This document shows, one piece after another, positions 50,425 to 62,136 of a DNA stretch of 64,000 bases. Numbering within the stretch: position 1 is the stretch's first letter; each line of letters opens with the position of its first letter. Where the stretch lies: positions 3,267,665-3,331,664 of the forward strand of contig NC_092384.1 of NCBI RefSeq assembly GCF_030028105.1, in the 5' to 3' direction. The notes below the pieces were generated by a model that was not told the origin of the DNA, ran no database searches, and was given only the letters and a program-made list of their open reading frames with translations. Source of the DNA: Mobula birostris. Lineage: Eukaryota. A program made the position numbers and the translations under genes.

Positions 50425-53400
50425 TAGGGCCAGAAGATAAAGCAGCAGAAATAGCCTATTCAGCCCATCGAGTCTGCTCTGCCATTCAATTTTGGGCTGC
50501 TCCAGTTCTTTCAGTCATCCCCATTTCCCTCCCTACTCCCCATACCCTTTGATGCCTAGCTAATCAAGAACATATCTATCTCTGCATAAATGCACCCAAA
50601 GTATTGGCCTCCACAGCCGCTCGTGGCATCAAATTCCACAGATTTTTCATCCTCTGACTGAAGTAATTTCTCCGCATCCCTGTTGTTAGTGGACGTCCTT
50701 CAATCCTGAAGTCGCACCCTCTTGTACTGGGCTCCGCTACCATGGGAAATAACTTCGTCATATCTAAGCTGTTTAGGACTTTTAACATTCGGAATGTTCT
50801 AAGAGGTCCCCGCACCCCACCCCCCCCGCACTCAACCTATCTCCTGAACGCCAGGAAATACAGCCTAAAATGCGATGCATTCCTCATACTGTAAACCTTT
50901 CATCCTGGAATCATTCTCGTAAATCTTCTCTGAACCCTCTACAATGTCTGTGTATAATATCTAAAATAAGGAGCCTAAAACTGCACACAATACTCTAAGT
51001 GTGGTTTCACGAACGCCTTAGAGCCTCAACATCTGATCCCTACTCTAATGTTCTATGCCTCCAGAAATGAATGCCAACATTGCATTTGCCTTCCTACCAC
51101 CGACTCAACCTGGAGGTTAAACATTAGGGTATCCTGCACATGGACTCCCAAGTCCCTTTGCATCCCTGCATTTTGAATTCTCTCTCCATCTAAATAGTAG
51201 TCTGGCCGTTTGTTTATTACAACAAAAAGCATGACCATACACTTTCCAACTAGTATTTCATTTGCCACTTCTTTGCTATTCCCCTAAGCAATCTAACACT
51301 CTCTGCACGCTCTCTGTTTCCTCAACACTACCCGTTCCTCCACCTATCTTTGTATCGTCGGCAAAATTAGCTACAAAGCCATTAATCACCCAGTCCAAGT
51401 CATTGGCATGCATCATTAAAAGCAACCGTCCCAACACGGACCTCTGTGGAACTTCACAGGTAACCGGCAGCCAGCCAGAATAGAATTCGTTTATTCCCAC
51501 TCTGTTTTCTTCCGCCAGCCAGTTCTCTACACATGGGATCTTATCCTGCTAAGCAGCCTCATGTGCGGCACCTTCTCAAAGGCCTACTGAAAATCCAAGT
51601 AGCCCACATCTATTTCATCTCATTTGTCTACTCGGTTTGTAATTTACTCAAAATTTGCAGTAGGTTAGTCAGTCAGAATTTTCCTTTAAAAACCCATGCT
51701 CCCTTTGGCCTATCTTGTCATGTGCCTCCAGGTACTCCGTAATATCATCCCTAACTATCGATTCCCAACAACTTCCCAACCACTAATGCCAGGCTAACCG
51801 CTCTATAGTTTCCTTTCTGCTGCTTCCCACCCGTCTCAAATAGCGGATTAACATTTGCAATTTTCCAGTCATCCGGTACAATGTCAGAACATATTGATTC
51901 TTGAAAGATCATTGTTAATGCCTCCACAATCTCTGCAACTACTTACTTCAGAACCAGAGGGTGCATTCCATCAGGTTCGGGAAATTTATCCACCCTCAGA
52001 CCATTAAGCCTCCTGAGCACCTTCTCAGTCGTAATTTTCACTGCACAAGCTTCACTATCCTGACACTCTTGAATGTCCGATATACTGCAGATGTCTTCCA
52101 CTCTGAAGACTGAAGCAAAATACGCATTCAATTCCTCTGCTATCTCTATGTCTCTCATTACAATATCTCCAGCGATATTTTCTATTGGTCCTATATCTAA
52201 ACTCAACACTCCTTTACCCTTTATATACATAAAGAAAGCTTTTAGTATCTTCTTTGATATTAGTCGCCAGGTTTGTTTCATAATCCATCTTTTCCTTCCT
52301 GATGACCTTCTTAGTTTCCTTCAGCAAGATTTTAAAAGCTTCCCAATCCTCTGTTTTGCCGTTAGCTTTGGTTTCCTTGTACGCTCTCTCTTTTGCTTTT
52401 ACTTTGGCTCTGACTTCATTTGTCAGCCACGGTAGTTTATTTCTTGCATTCCAAAATTTCTTTTTATTTGGAATATATCTGCTTCGCATTTCCCACATTT
52501 TTTTTTCGCAGGAACTCCAGCCATTGCTGCTCTGCGATCCTTCCTGCTAGTCTCCCTTTCCAGTCAACTTCGGCCAGTTCCCCTCTCTTGCCATTGTAAC
52601 TTCCTTTAATCCGCTGAAATACCGACACATTGGAATTTAGTTTCTCCTTCTCAAATTTCAAAGTGAACTCTATCATATTGTGATCACTGTTCCCTGAGGG
52701 TTCCTTAACATTGAGCTCCCTTATCACCTCCAGATCAATGCACAACACCCAATCCAGAACAGCCAATCCCCTAGTGGGCTCAACAACAAGCTGTTCTAAA
52801 AAGCTATTCCTTAGAAATTCTGCGAATTCTGTCTCTTCAGGTCCAGTCCTGGCCTAGTTTTCCCAACCCACTTTCATCTGAAAATCCCTAACGATTATCA
52901 TGACTTTGCCTTTCCGTCACGCCTTTTCCATCTCCTGTCGTAATTTGTAATCCACATCTCGGCTTCCGCTTGGAGACCTGCATACAACTGTCATTAGGGT
53001 CCTTTTACCCTGGTCTTTTATTAACTCAAGACAGAGTCTCTACACCTTCTGACCCAATGTCATCCTTTTATAATATTATTATTTCTTAATCACAGCACAC
53101 CCTCTGCATACTAACCTATCTTTCCCATACACCAAATATCCTTGGACGTACAGCTCCCAATGGCAGCCATCCTTTAGCCAAGTTTCAGAGATGGCCACAA
53201 CGTCATACTTGCCAATCTGTATCTGAATTTTAAGATCGTCCACTTTATTCCTTATGCTGCGTGCATACAAACAGAACATTTTCAGCCTGGTATTTGTTGC
53301 TTTCTGTTTTAACTGCACTGTGCCTCTACTATCCTGTAACTCATCCCACTGGCTGTGATTATGCCTCATCTCCTGCCTGTCCTTTGTCTCTTCTCTGTTG

Positions 53401-54010
53401 CACGCTATCATTGCTTTACTTATGTTTTCCCCTTCCTCAGCCCCATCACTCTAGTTCTCATCCCCCTGCCAAATTCGTGTAAATTCTCACGAACACCTCT
53501 ATTAAATCTGCCTGCAAGGATAATGGACCCCTTTGGGTTTAGGTGTAACCCGTTCCTTTTTATATAGTTCGAACCTCCCCCAGAAGAGATCCCAATGATT
53601 CAGAGTTCCGATGCCCTGCTCCATACACCAGTCTCTCAGCCTCGCATTAATGTGCCTGAAAATGCTATTCTTGCGCTGGTTAGCACCTGGCACAGACAGC
53701 AATCCTGAGAATACTACCCTGGGGGTCCTGCTTTTCAGCTTCCGGCAAAACTCCCTATAATCTGTCTTCAGGACCTCCACGCTTTTTCTACCTATGTCAT
53801 TGGTACCAATGTGTAACAAGACCTCTGACTGTTCACCTTTTCCCTTCAGAATACTCGACACCCGATCCGAGACATCTCGTACCCTGTGACCTGGGACGCA
53901 ACACACCATGCAGGTATCTTTATCAGGCTGACTTAACAACCTGTCTGTCCCCTTACTATGGAATCCTCTATGACTACCCGATTCCTCATCCTCTTCTCTC
54001 CTGGGCAGAA
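50425..54010 (-). mobile_element. Near-full-length degenerate CR1 LINE (ORF1 esterase, EN, RT)
   Basis: ORFs 53502..53939 (VLLHIGTNDIG...), 53079..53411 (YDVVAISETWL), 51943..52766, 51053..51500, 50576..50815. Confidence 0.92.
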
Positions 54011-54012
54011 GG

Positions 54013-54290
54013 AGAAGATGGCGGCGCGACGCAGCTCGCAGCGGCCACTCCGGTGGTGATATTTGTTATCTGTCAAGTAGGGTGCCGTTCACAAGCCTGA
54101 TTTGATGGAGACAGACGTGAGAGCACGGAGGAACATCTGGTGAAACATCTGAAATGTCTGCTTCGCTGCCGCTGCTTCAGAGCCCAGCTCTGCATCCTAT
54201 CCATGTCAGTTTGAAACATCCGGCAAACTTCAACAGAAGCTCCGAAGACCTTACCCCTGCGGGAGGAATGATCTTCGCCCAGAAGTCGTA
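54013..54290 (+). mobile_element. GC-rich interspersed repeat / LINE 5' fragment
   Basis: aagatggcggcgcgacgcagctcgcagcggccactccgg... is recognised from memory as a common ray repeat start. Confidence 0.4.
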
Positions 54291-54846
54291 TGAAGTCGTG
54301 TGGTGAAAACAAAAGCACAAGGGCGACCAACCTTCTATCAGCCCAGGATAGAGAGAGTGGGTACAAACAGAAGGATAACGTACGAGTATTTCAAAATCCC
54401 TGGTCCCCATTAAGCTTTGTGCACACAAGTTAGCTGGGATATCAGTGCTTCCCAAAAAATGCAGAGAGAGTCTGTGGGCCGGATGAATGGGATAAGTTTT
54501 GTTGGATGAGAGTGGCATTGCGAGAAGCCGAACATGAACGGATTAATGGACATGGTCGAGCTGCTGTCGACAGTCAATGCCACGGTAGGTGTGGAGGGAT
54601 TAAGAAGACAGAGAAGAAGAAAACCCAAAAGAAATTTGAAAAAGAACTGTGCCAACATCGTATTGAGATTATGGAGTCACGGTGATTTACGTTAGAGGAG
54701 CATAAATCATGGCCCGCGCTGGCGTGCCGATATGTACGATGTAATCAGTTGTAACCTACTGGAATGATGAAGGAATAGATAAAACTTCCCTCTCACTCTT
54801 TCTTTACCCACCTTCCCCTGCACGTTCAGCTAATTCAGATTCTTAC

Positions 54847-54957
54847 CTTTATTTTTCCTTGCTATACATCGCTTCGCAATGAGAAGAACCAGCAATATAG
54901 ACACCAAACCGCTCAATGCACATACGAAGGTCATGACGTTATTGATAGTCCTAGCTC
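54847..54957 (-). CDS. Transmembrane exon, gene B
   Basis: tttcaattttccag|GA GCT AGG...AAT AAA G|gtaaga; 111 nt, phase 1-1; ARTINNVMTFVCALSGLVSILLVLLIAKRCIARKNK (uncharged TM, basic stop-transfer). Confidence 0.9.
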
Positions 54958-56467
54958 CTGGAAAATTGAAATATATTAGATACAAATGAAAACTCTTGGC
55001 CGTTCAGACTAATAAATCCCCTTGTCTTTGAAACTGATAAAACATCTGAAATTCAGCCACTGTTTTAATTTCCTGTAAAGTAAAAACGTAGTAGACAGAT
55101 AGACATTGGATTTCGTAAATTCAATCCGGAAACAAAAAAAAAATGCATATATATATATATAAATCGGTATTTCTAATTGATTAATGATGTTTAAAAAACG
55201 TTTGTCAAAACATACATTGCTTTCAGGTGTCACTTTATGAAACTGCTGCTTTCAGCGAGCTATAAGGCTTTTCATCCTCTGGGGAAGTTTGTATTTAAAT
55301 TCGCATAGTTTTGTGCCTTGTTGAATGGAACTTTCAATATCTTTGCACTCTTCCGGTATGCACAATGCCATACCAGATACAGGGAATGAAGAGTTGTGTT
55401 TCGGCTTGGGATGGACACTGCCCTGTGTATACTTTCAATACCCCGCTCTGATTCACTTGACAATCAAAGCGAACGGTAAAGCGACACTTGTTAGCAGACT
55501 ACTGGGAACAACATTTCACTGGAAATGAGCTACTCTTCGCCATTGTGACGGGGAAGCGGAAACAATGGTGGCATTGTTGCAGCGAAGTTCATTTAATTAA
55601 AAGCAGAACAGGAGGAAAGGAGACTGGAGGTAAACTGGACAAATGAATTGAGTCACGGGAATTGCAATTTGATCCACACAATTTATCAGATGAAAACGTA
55701 TAAAGAAGTACATATAACGTACATATAAAGTATCTGGAGAACATCCTTTCATGATAATCAGAAACATGTTGGATATTTTGGCTTCATAGAGGGAGAGGAT
55801 ACAAATAGAAAGATAACGTATCCAGTATTTCAAAATCACTGGCTGCCATTAAGCTCTGTGCACGCAAATTAGTCGGGTTATCAGTACTTTGAACCCCACA
55901 CCCCCACAAAAAAAAATGCAGAGAAAGAGTTTGGGAGCGGATAGATGGGATGTTTTGCCTGAATACGACAAGGTTAAACCTGATAGATTATTGGAGGAAA
56001 TTTACTTGGCAATTAAAGGCGATTTGTTTTCTGTGGACAATAAACAGCACCAGATTTGCTCCTTTTCGCGTCTTGTGGCGCCTTTAGCATCTGTCTGTTG
56101 TCAACCTAACACGGATGGAAAGCACGGGGTTCAGGCTGGATTCCAGCCTGGGATCATCGCCTCGAGGTTCGAAGCTGATGGCACCACATCACCGGCCGGC
56201 AACACCAGTTTGTTATAGATTTAATAAATTATACAAATCGGAGAAATCATGAGAATAATTTTCTCAGGACACGACACTCATTGCATTTCATGCCAGAGAA
56301 GGCAAATTCCATGCAAATTATAAAAAAAAAACTTATTTTGTATGCATTTAATAAGAACCTATTAGCGGTCACATGGAAATCTAGTGAAAACGATACGATG
56401 CGGACATCGTTTAAAACTGGTTTATAGTTACCCGACTTTTTATGATAGTTGAGATCCATAGTCTCAC

Positions 56468-56770
56468 CTGTGCTGTAGTTGATGACGATGTAAGTGGCTA
56501 GAGCAGAAACCCGGAGGCTGACGTGAGATACCAGACAAGTGTAGACTGTCCCGGTTGGCACAACCTGTGTCACTGACAATCTGCTGGAAGCTTCATATAG
56601 CCCATCCGAAGTGGAGGTGATAACAGTCGAACTGGTTGTAATGTTGGTGCCATCTTTATACCAGGTGAAACTGAAATCCATTGGGTAATAGGGAGATGTA
56701 GTGCACAGAACAGCCAAGGCTTCCGATTTCTCTGGATCTCCGGAGTAAATTTTCAATGGAGCTGGAGGAA
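56468..56770 (-). CDS. Ig C1-set domain exon (C1c), gene B
   Basis: ttcttag|TT CCT...ACA G|gtgaga; 303 nt, open; 23 nt differences from C1a; flanks paralogous to C1a. Confidence 0.9.
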
Positions 56771-57820
56771 CTAAGAAATAGTGGAATAGATGGATGAATG
56801 GTTGTTTACGGTTAGCTGTATATTCTCGGCAATATCAGCGTTCGATGCTATTAACATCTTCGAAACCGATTATGTATTTAGATTTTAATGTTAATATCCT
56901 ACGATGTGCAATTTCATTGGCTGAACTAACTCCCTGCTGCCCGCAATCTCACTGCACTATCTCCCCACTCATTCCCACGTGTCCACTCACGTTGTCACAC
57001 CACTTCGCACACCCACCACGCACTCCTTTAACATCTACTTAATCTACCCTTCCCCGACTCACTGCTCCACGGCTGTTTCCTCGCGAACCTTCCACCCTTG
57101 CCACCCTTGCATCCGACAATAAAACGAACTATGGCGAAGACACCAAAACCCTAACAGCTTTTGGCAACTTGTATGCGCCTTTTACATAATCCTCCTGATT
57201 TTTCCGATAGGACGGCAAAATTTCCCTGAGGCAAAATGAAGTTGTTGATTTCATACTATCCTCGGTTTGTGCTAAGCCTCTTTGTAGGAGGATTGCGTTA
57301 TTTCATGTGAAATTACTTCCAAAGTCGGGAAACCATTTCAGATGATACGGTTGAGAGACATTAAGCTAGAGTACGGCAGAGAAACAGCAGAATCATCGCC
57401 ATCTTCCTTAAGTGAGTCAGTTTCGCGCAATTCACCAAACCTTTGTCTGGAGACTGATATGAGTTTAACTGGGAACAGGTAGAAATCATTTTACGACCAG
57501 TGGTTTGTTTATTTTGTGTAATTTCCCATAAACCACTAATCATTTAATGATAATCAAAGACTATGATTAATTCTTCCTCCTTTTTTTCTGCTTTCCTCAA
57601 CGCTGAAAATCACCCTGCATTCCGCACACCTTATCAAATTACTTGGTAATATACAGTGACACAATCTGATCGGCTTTGATGAGGCAGGGTGGGACAGAGA
57701 ACTTGATTTGTTGTCTGGATGGCTGTAATTTCGGATGCTTTGGGATGATTTAATAATAACTTGGAACACACATATTGCAGGTTTTGTTTTAAACGGAGGC
57801 AGTATTCAATTTAAGAGAGA

Positions 57821-57851
57821 AACACACACACACGCACGCGCGCGCGCGCGC
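57821..57851. repeat. Mixed (CA)n(CG)n alternating purine-pyrimidine tract
   Basis: acacacacacacgcacgcgcgcgcgcgcgca. Confidence 0.9.
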
Positions 57852-58705
57852 ATATATTGGCTAAATTGGGACACAACTTTCAGTGCTTGAACGGTTGATC
57901 AATTTCTTCTGAAGAAATAATATTTCAGTTCGCATGGGATACAGGGAAACATCTATCGCATGGAGACAGCTAATTATATTGGTGATTGGCTCGATGATTG
58001 GACGCAGAGCGTGACGGCTGAAGGTGGTCTCGGACCGGAGGCTTATGACTAGAGGCTTTACCACAAGGGTCGGTGCAACATCTTTTGCTGTTCATTGTTT
58101 ATATAAATGATTTGCATGTGAACGCATGAGGAGTGGCGATAAGGTTTCAAATCATATTAAAATAGGTGGTATCGTAAACTACGAAGAAGGCAATGAACAA
58201 CTGTAGGAAAATTTCGGTTAGTTAGGTCAGTGGGCCCAATATTAGCAAATGCTTTCAGGTTCCTTCTGGTTAGCCTCCATCTTGATTGCATGACAGCGAT
58301 TTCACCAACGTCCAGGATTTTTTTTTTCTCTTCGCATTCTCCCTTCTTCATTTTTCCAGTCTTGGGGTGGGGGGAATTTTGAACAGAAATTAAATATTAC
58401 CATTTCAATTCCACGCATATGTATTGTTTTCTAACTGAGAATTTCTGAGTGATTTGGTAAAAATAAATATAATTCATCGCCGAAAGTTGGAATTCACTGT
58501 CCTCATCTGAGGTAAAACGGGGTTTTATCCGGATATGGCGAAAAAAACTTAATTTGATTCATTTTGCAATAAACTACATTGGCCTGAATGCAATGGTTTG
58601 GAATTATTTCGACCGTACATTAAGGCACCATTTAACACACGGGTCAATAACTTTTGTTTGATTGGCTTTGACGTCAAGCAGTAAGAAGCCAGAATTTTAT
58701 AAATA

Positions 58706-59610
58706 TAGAAACATAGAAAATAGGTGCAGGAGTAGGCCATTCGGCCCTTGAGCCTGCACCGCCATTCAGTATGATCATGGCTGATCATCCACCTGCATTC
58801 TCTCCATACCCCCAGTTCCCTTTAGCCACAAGGGCCATATCTAAACCCTCTTAAATACAACCAAGGAACTCGCCTCAACTGTTTCCTGTGGCAGAAAATT
58901 CCTCAGATTCACCACTCTCTGTGTGAAGAAGTTTTTTTTCTCATCTCGGTACTAAAAGGTTCCCCCTTTATCCTTAATCTGTGACCCCTCGTTCTGGATT
59001 TACCCAGCATCGGGAACAATCTTCCTGCATCTAGCCTGTCCAATCCCGTTAGGATTTTATACGTTTCAATAAATTCCGCCCTCCATCTTCTAAATACCAA
59101 CGAGTATAAGCCTAGTCGATCCAGTATTTCATCATATGAATGTCCTGTCTTCCCAGGAATCAATCTGGTGACCTTCTTTGTACTCCCTCTATGGCAAAAA
59201 TGTCTTTCCTCAGATTAGGGGACCAAAACTGCACACAATACTCCAGGTGTGGTCTCACCAAGGCCTTGTACAACTGCAGTAGTATCTCCCTGCTCCTGTA
59301 CTCGAACCCTCTTGCTATGAATGCCAGCATATCATACGCCGTTTTCACCGCCTGCTGTACCTGAATGCCCTCTTTCAGTGACTGATGTATAATATCACCC
59401 AGGTCTCGTTGCACCTCCCCTTTTCCTAATCGACCACCATTCAGATAATAATCTGTTTTCCATTTTTGCCACGAAAGTGGATAACCTCATAAATATCCAC
59501 ATTAAATTGCATCTGCCATGAACTTGCGCAATCACCTAAACTATCCAAATCACCCGGCATCCTCTCAGCATCCTCCGCACAGCTAACACTGCCACACAGC
59601 TTCGTGTCAA
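58706..59610 (-). mobile_element. CR1 3' fragment (shared with 25517-26480)
   Basis: tagaaacatagaaaa tail; ORFs 58909..59414. Confidence 0.9.
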
Positions 59611-62136
59611 ACATTTTGTGTTGAAACAAAACTGCAAAGATCATAATTGTAGTTTGATTCATTCCATTCAACTTTAGATTAACAAATTGACGTTCTCAAG
59701 GCTTTTACAGAAAAAAAAATGTAAAATAAATGATATAATGTGACGTCCTCATCACACTTTATTGTTTCAAAAGGTGTCGAAGTGTGTAATTACGAGAAAA
59801 AATAAACGTTTCCATCCATAGCTATGTCATAAATGTCCGATTTTTAATGGATGTTCTTTACAGTATGAATGATTGGCCTGTTGTAGCACTGCAGATAAGG
59901 TACGTTGGATCCTGTTCTTTTAGTTTTGGAAAGACGGCGGGGGCTTTTGGGACGTCAGTGTTGAGAAAAGAGACCCAGGAATGCCGGGGTTATGCAAGAG
60001 GATCGGACAGTCCAAGTGGAACGAGAAGGAAGACGGTGACGTTACCGTGCCAGGGTGCTGGTAGAATATTGACCCGTTATATGCCGTTGAAGGCCGAGTA
60101 CCAGTCCTGATGTTGCACTGATATGATCTGCCAGTAAAATACCATGGGTCCGATCTTTTACAACACGGGTATCTGTTTGGTGCCTATATTACTAGGTCGA
60201 ACACATATAGCATGAAACTGCGTGACTTGCGCTTTTTACTTTCTTAAGGACGATGGTGAGGGGAAGGAAGGCGCAGCACCGGCCTGTAAGTATGATTGGG
60301 AACATCCAGCCTTAACTTCACAATGTTTGCTGAAGGGCAGTTTCCTACAGCTCATTTGTTGGAGAGCTGACACTCAAAACCAGTTTTACAACCATCAGTT
60401 CCAAACCGGCTGAATCAATTGATGTGTTTTTCACTTATTACGTTTATCTGATAACCGATGCTCGACTGCGGCAGGATTCAACATCGACTATACAGCAAGG
60501 CGTCAAAGAAAAATTATATTTCTCAGACAGTTAATTTCCATATCACAATGCTTAATCACGATATATTCCTATGATTGAGCATTTAATAGAAGCAAATGTA
60601 TTCGCAATTGTACCACAATTGAGTGATTACCACAGCATTCGCCAAAATCCTAGGCAATTTATCTGGTTCCGTGATCGTGGTGAAGCGAATTCTCCGTCGA
60701 TTTGAATAGCTTTAGATATATGTTTACTGCTAGATTCGTTGGGAAATTAATCGGGCTGACTCGTGCAGGGAGGGACCTATCTCCTGTAGGTTTCACGTTC
60801 TCAGATATATCGGCATTTGCCGTTGTGAATCAGAAGAAGGAGGGTTGGTCTGAAATCAGCATCCAGTACGCTCCCCAGCTGTTGCCAGAAACCCAGATTG
60901 ATGTTCAAGGGATAAAGAATGAAGCGATGTTAGTGTTAGGTACACCTCTAACGGAAAGAGTAGAGTGGGGGCGGATAATTGAAACATGCCAGCTGTAAAT
61001 CCATCATAACCTTTCACGATATTTATCAAGCTTGAGCGCGTGTGTTCACAAAACGTATAAGCAGTTTTCGTTCGAACCTACGTTGGAGACCCGTAGTCCA
61101 ACAATAAAGCGACAAATGAATTGTTGTTCCCAAGGACTTCATACGGCTGCACCCACTGGCATACGTACGCCTGATCTGGAATAAATTTGGGGAGTACTCT
61201 ATGTGTGTGTGTAAGAGCGGGAGAGAGAGGGAGAAGTGGCGGTGGGGTTTGGCAGAGAGATAGCGAGAGAAGGTGTTAACGTTTCAAATGTGCAGAAAGT
61301 ATGCTGACGCTGAAACGTTAATAATAAAATAAAAAAAAAGAATCCGCATACAAATACATTCAAGAGCCATGGTAATTCCTACTAACACCCATCACTCTCG
61401 TTTAGAGGGCATTCTACCACATCGCATGTATGTCTGTGAGTGGGAGAGAGAACCTGAATTAAATATTTCGTGCATAGAGAACAAAATATAATGCCTGAGA
61501 AGTCTATTCTTGTAGTTACTCTTCTTATTCCCCACAAATTAAGAACAATGTTAAAGGCTTGGCCAGATAGAAAGCAGGAACAATTACTACATTCTAAAGT
61601 GTGGGGGGTGCGAGTGAGGTGGTGGGTGTGGGGATGAGGAGCCAGGGGTTTTGCTATTTGTCGGCACTAGGGATTAAGGTATGAAAAAGGAGGAATTCTT
61701 GAATAGAGAATTTAGGGAGTTAGGTAGAACGCTGAAAAGGAGTAGCTCCAGGGTGGTAATTGCTGCCTGTAAAACGCTCCAGTAAGGGTGAGAAATGGCA
61801 CATAAATTCATGGCTGGGGAACTGATGCCAGGGGCTGGATTAAAAATTATTGTATGTTCGGGATGTATTCTGGGGTAGGGTTGACCTGTATATACATCGC
61901 GGGCAGGATTGTGAGAAATGTTGCAGAGGGTATAAACAAATGTGCCAGTGGGGATGGGAAACAGTGATAGAGCAGTTACAGCAAGGCAGGGTGCAGTGAG
62001 ATTGCCAGAAAGGATAGGGATATGTGAGGGTAATGTTGCAGGCCGTGGGCTAAGTTGCAGTGTAACAGGGGGACAACATTTAAAAAGCTGACGTATCCAG
62101 AACTGAAGCTGTTATACTTGAATACACACAGACACT

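Larger units (their letters stand above)
56010..62131. repeat. Segmental duplication block Y, copy 2
   Basis: Colinear with 18832-28367, minus a 1,018-bp deletion and the 20871-23669 LINE, plus ~59610-60283 that copy 1 lacks. Confidence 0.9.

Noticed and set aside
54410-54658. ORF starting with signal-peptide-like MLAQFFFKFLLGFLLLCLL
   Set aside because: No good phase-1 donor and no downstream Ig exon; the hydrophobicity comes from a pyrimidine-rich intronic tract
56008-56040. Apparent 25-nt mini-exon (cacag|AAAAC...GCCAA|gtaaat) between C1c and the TM exon
   Set aside because: Phase-asymmetric, so it would break the C1-TM frame; the acceptor is not conserved in the gene A paralogue
60702-60998. 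Plus-strand ORF shared with 26942..27133
   Set aside because: Differences are almost all non-synonymous and the frames diverge by an indel near the 3' end; no domain recognised
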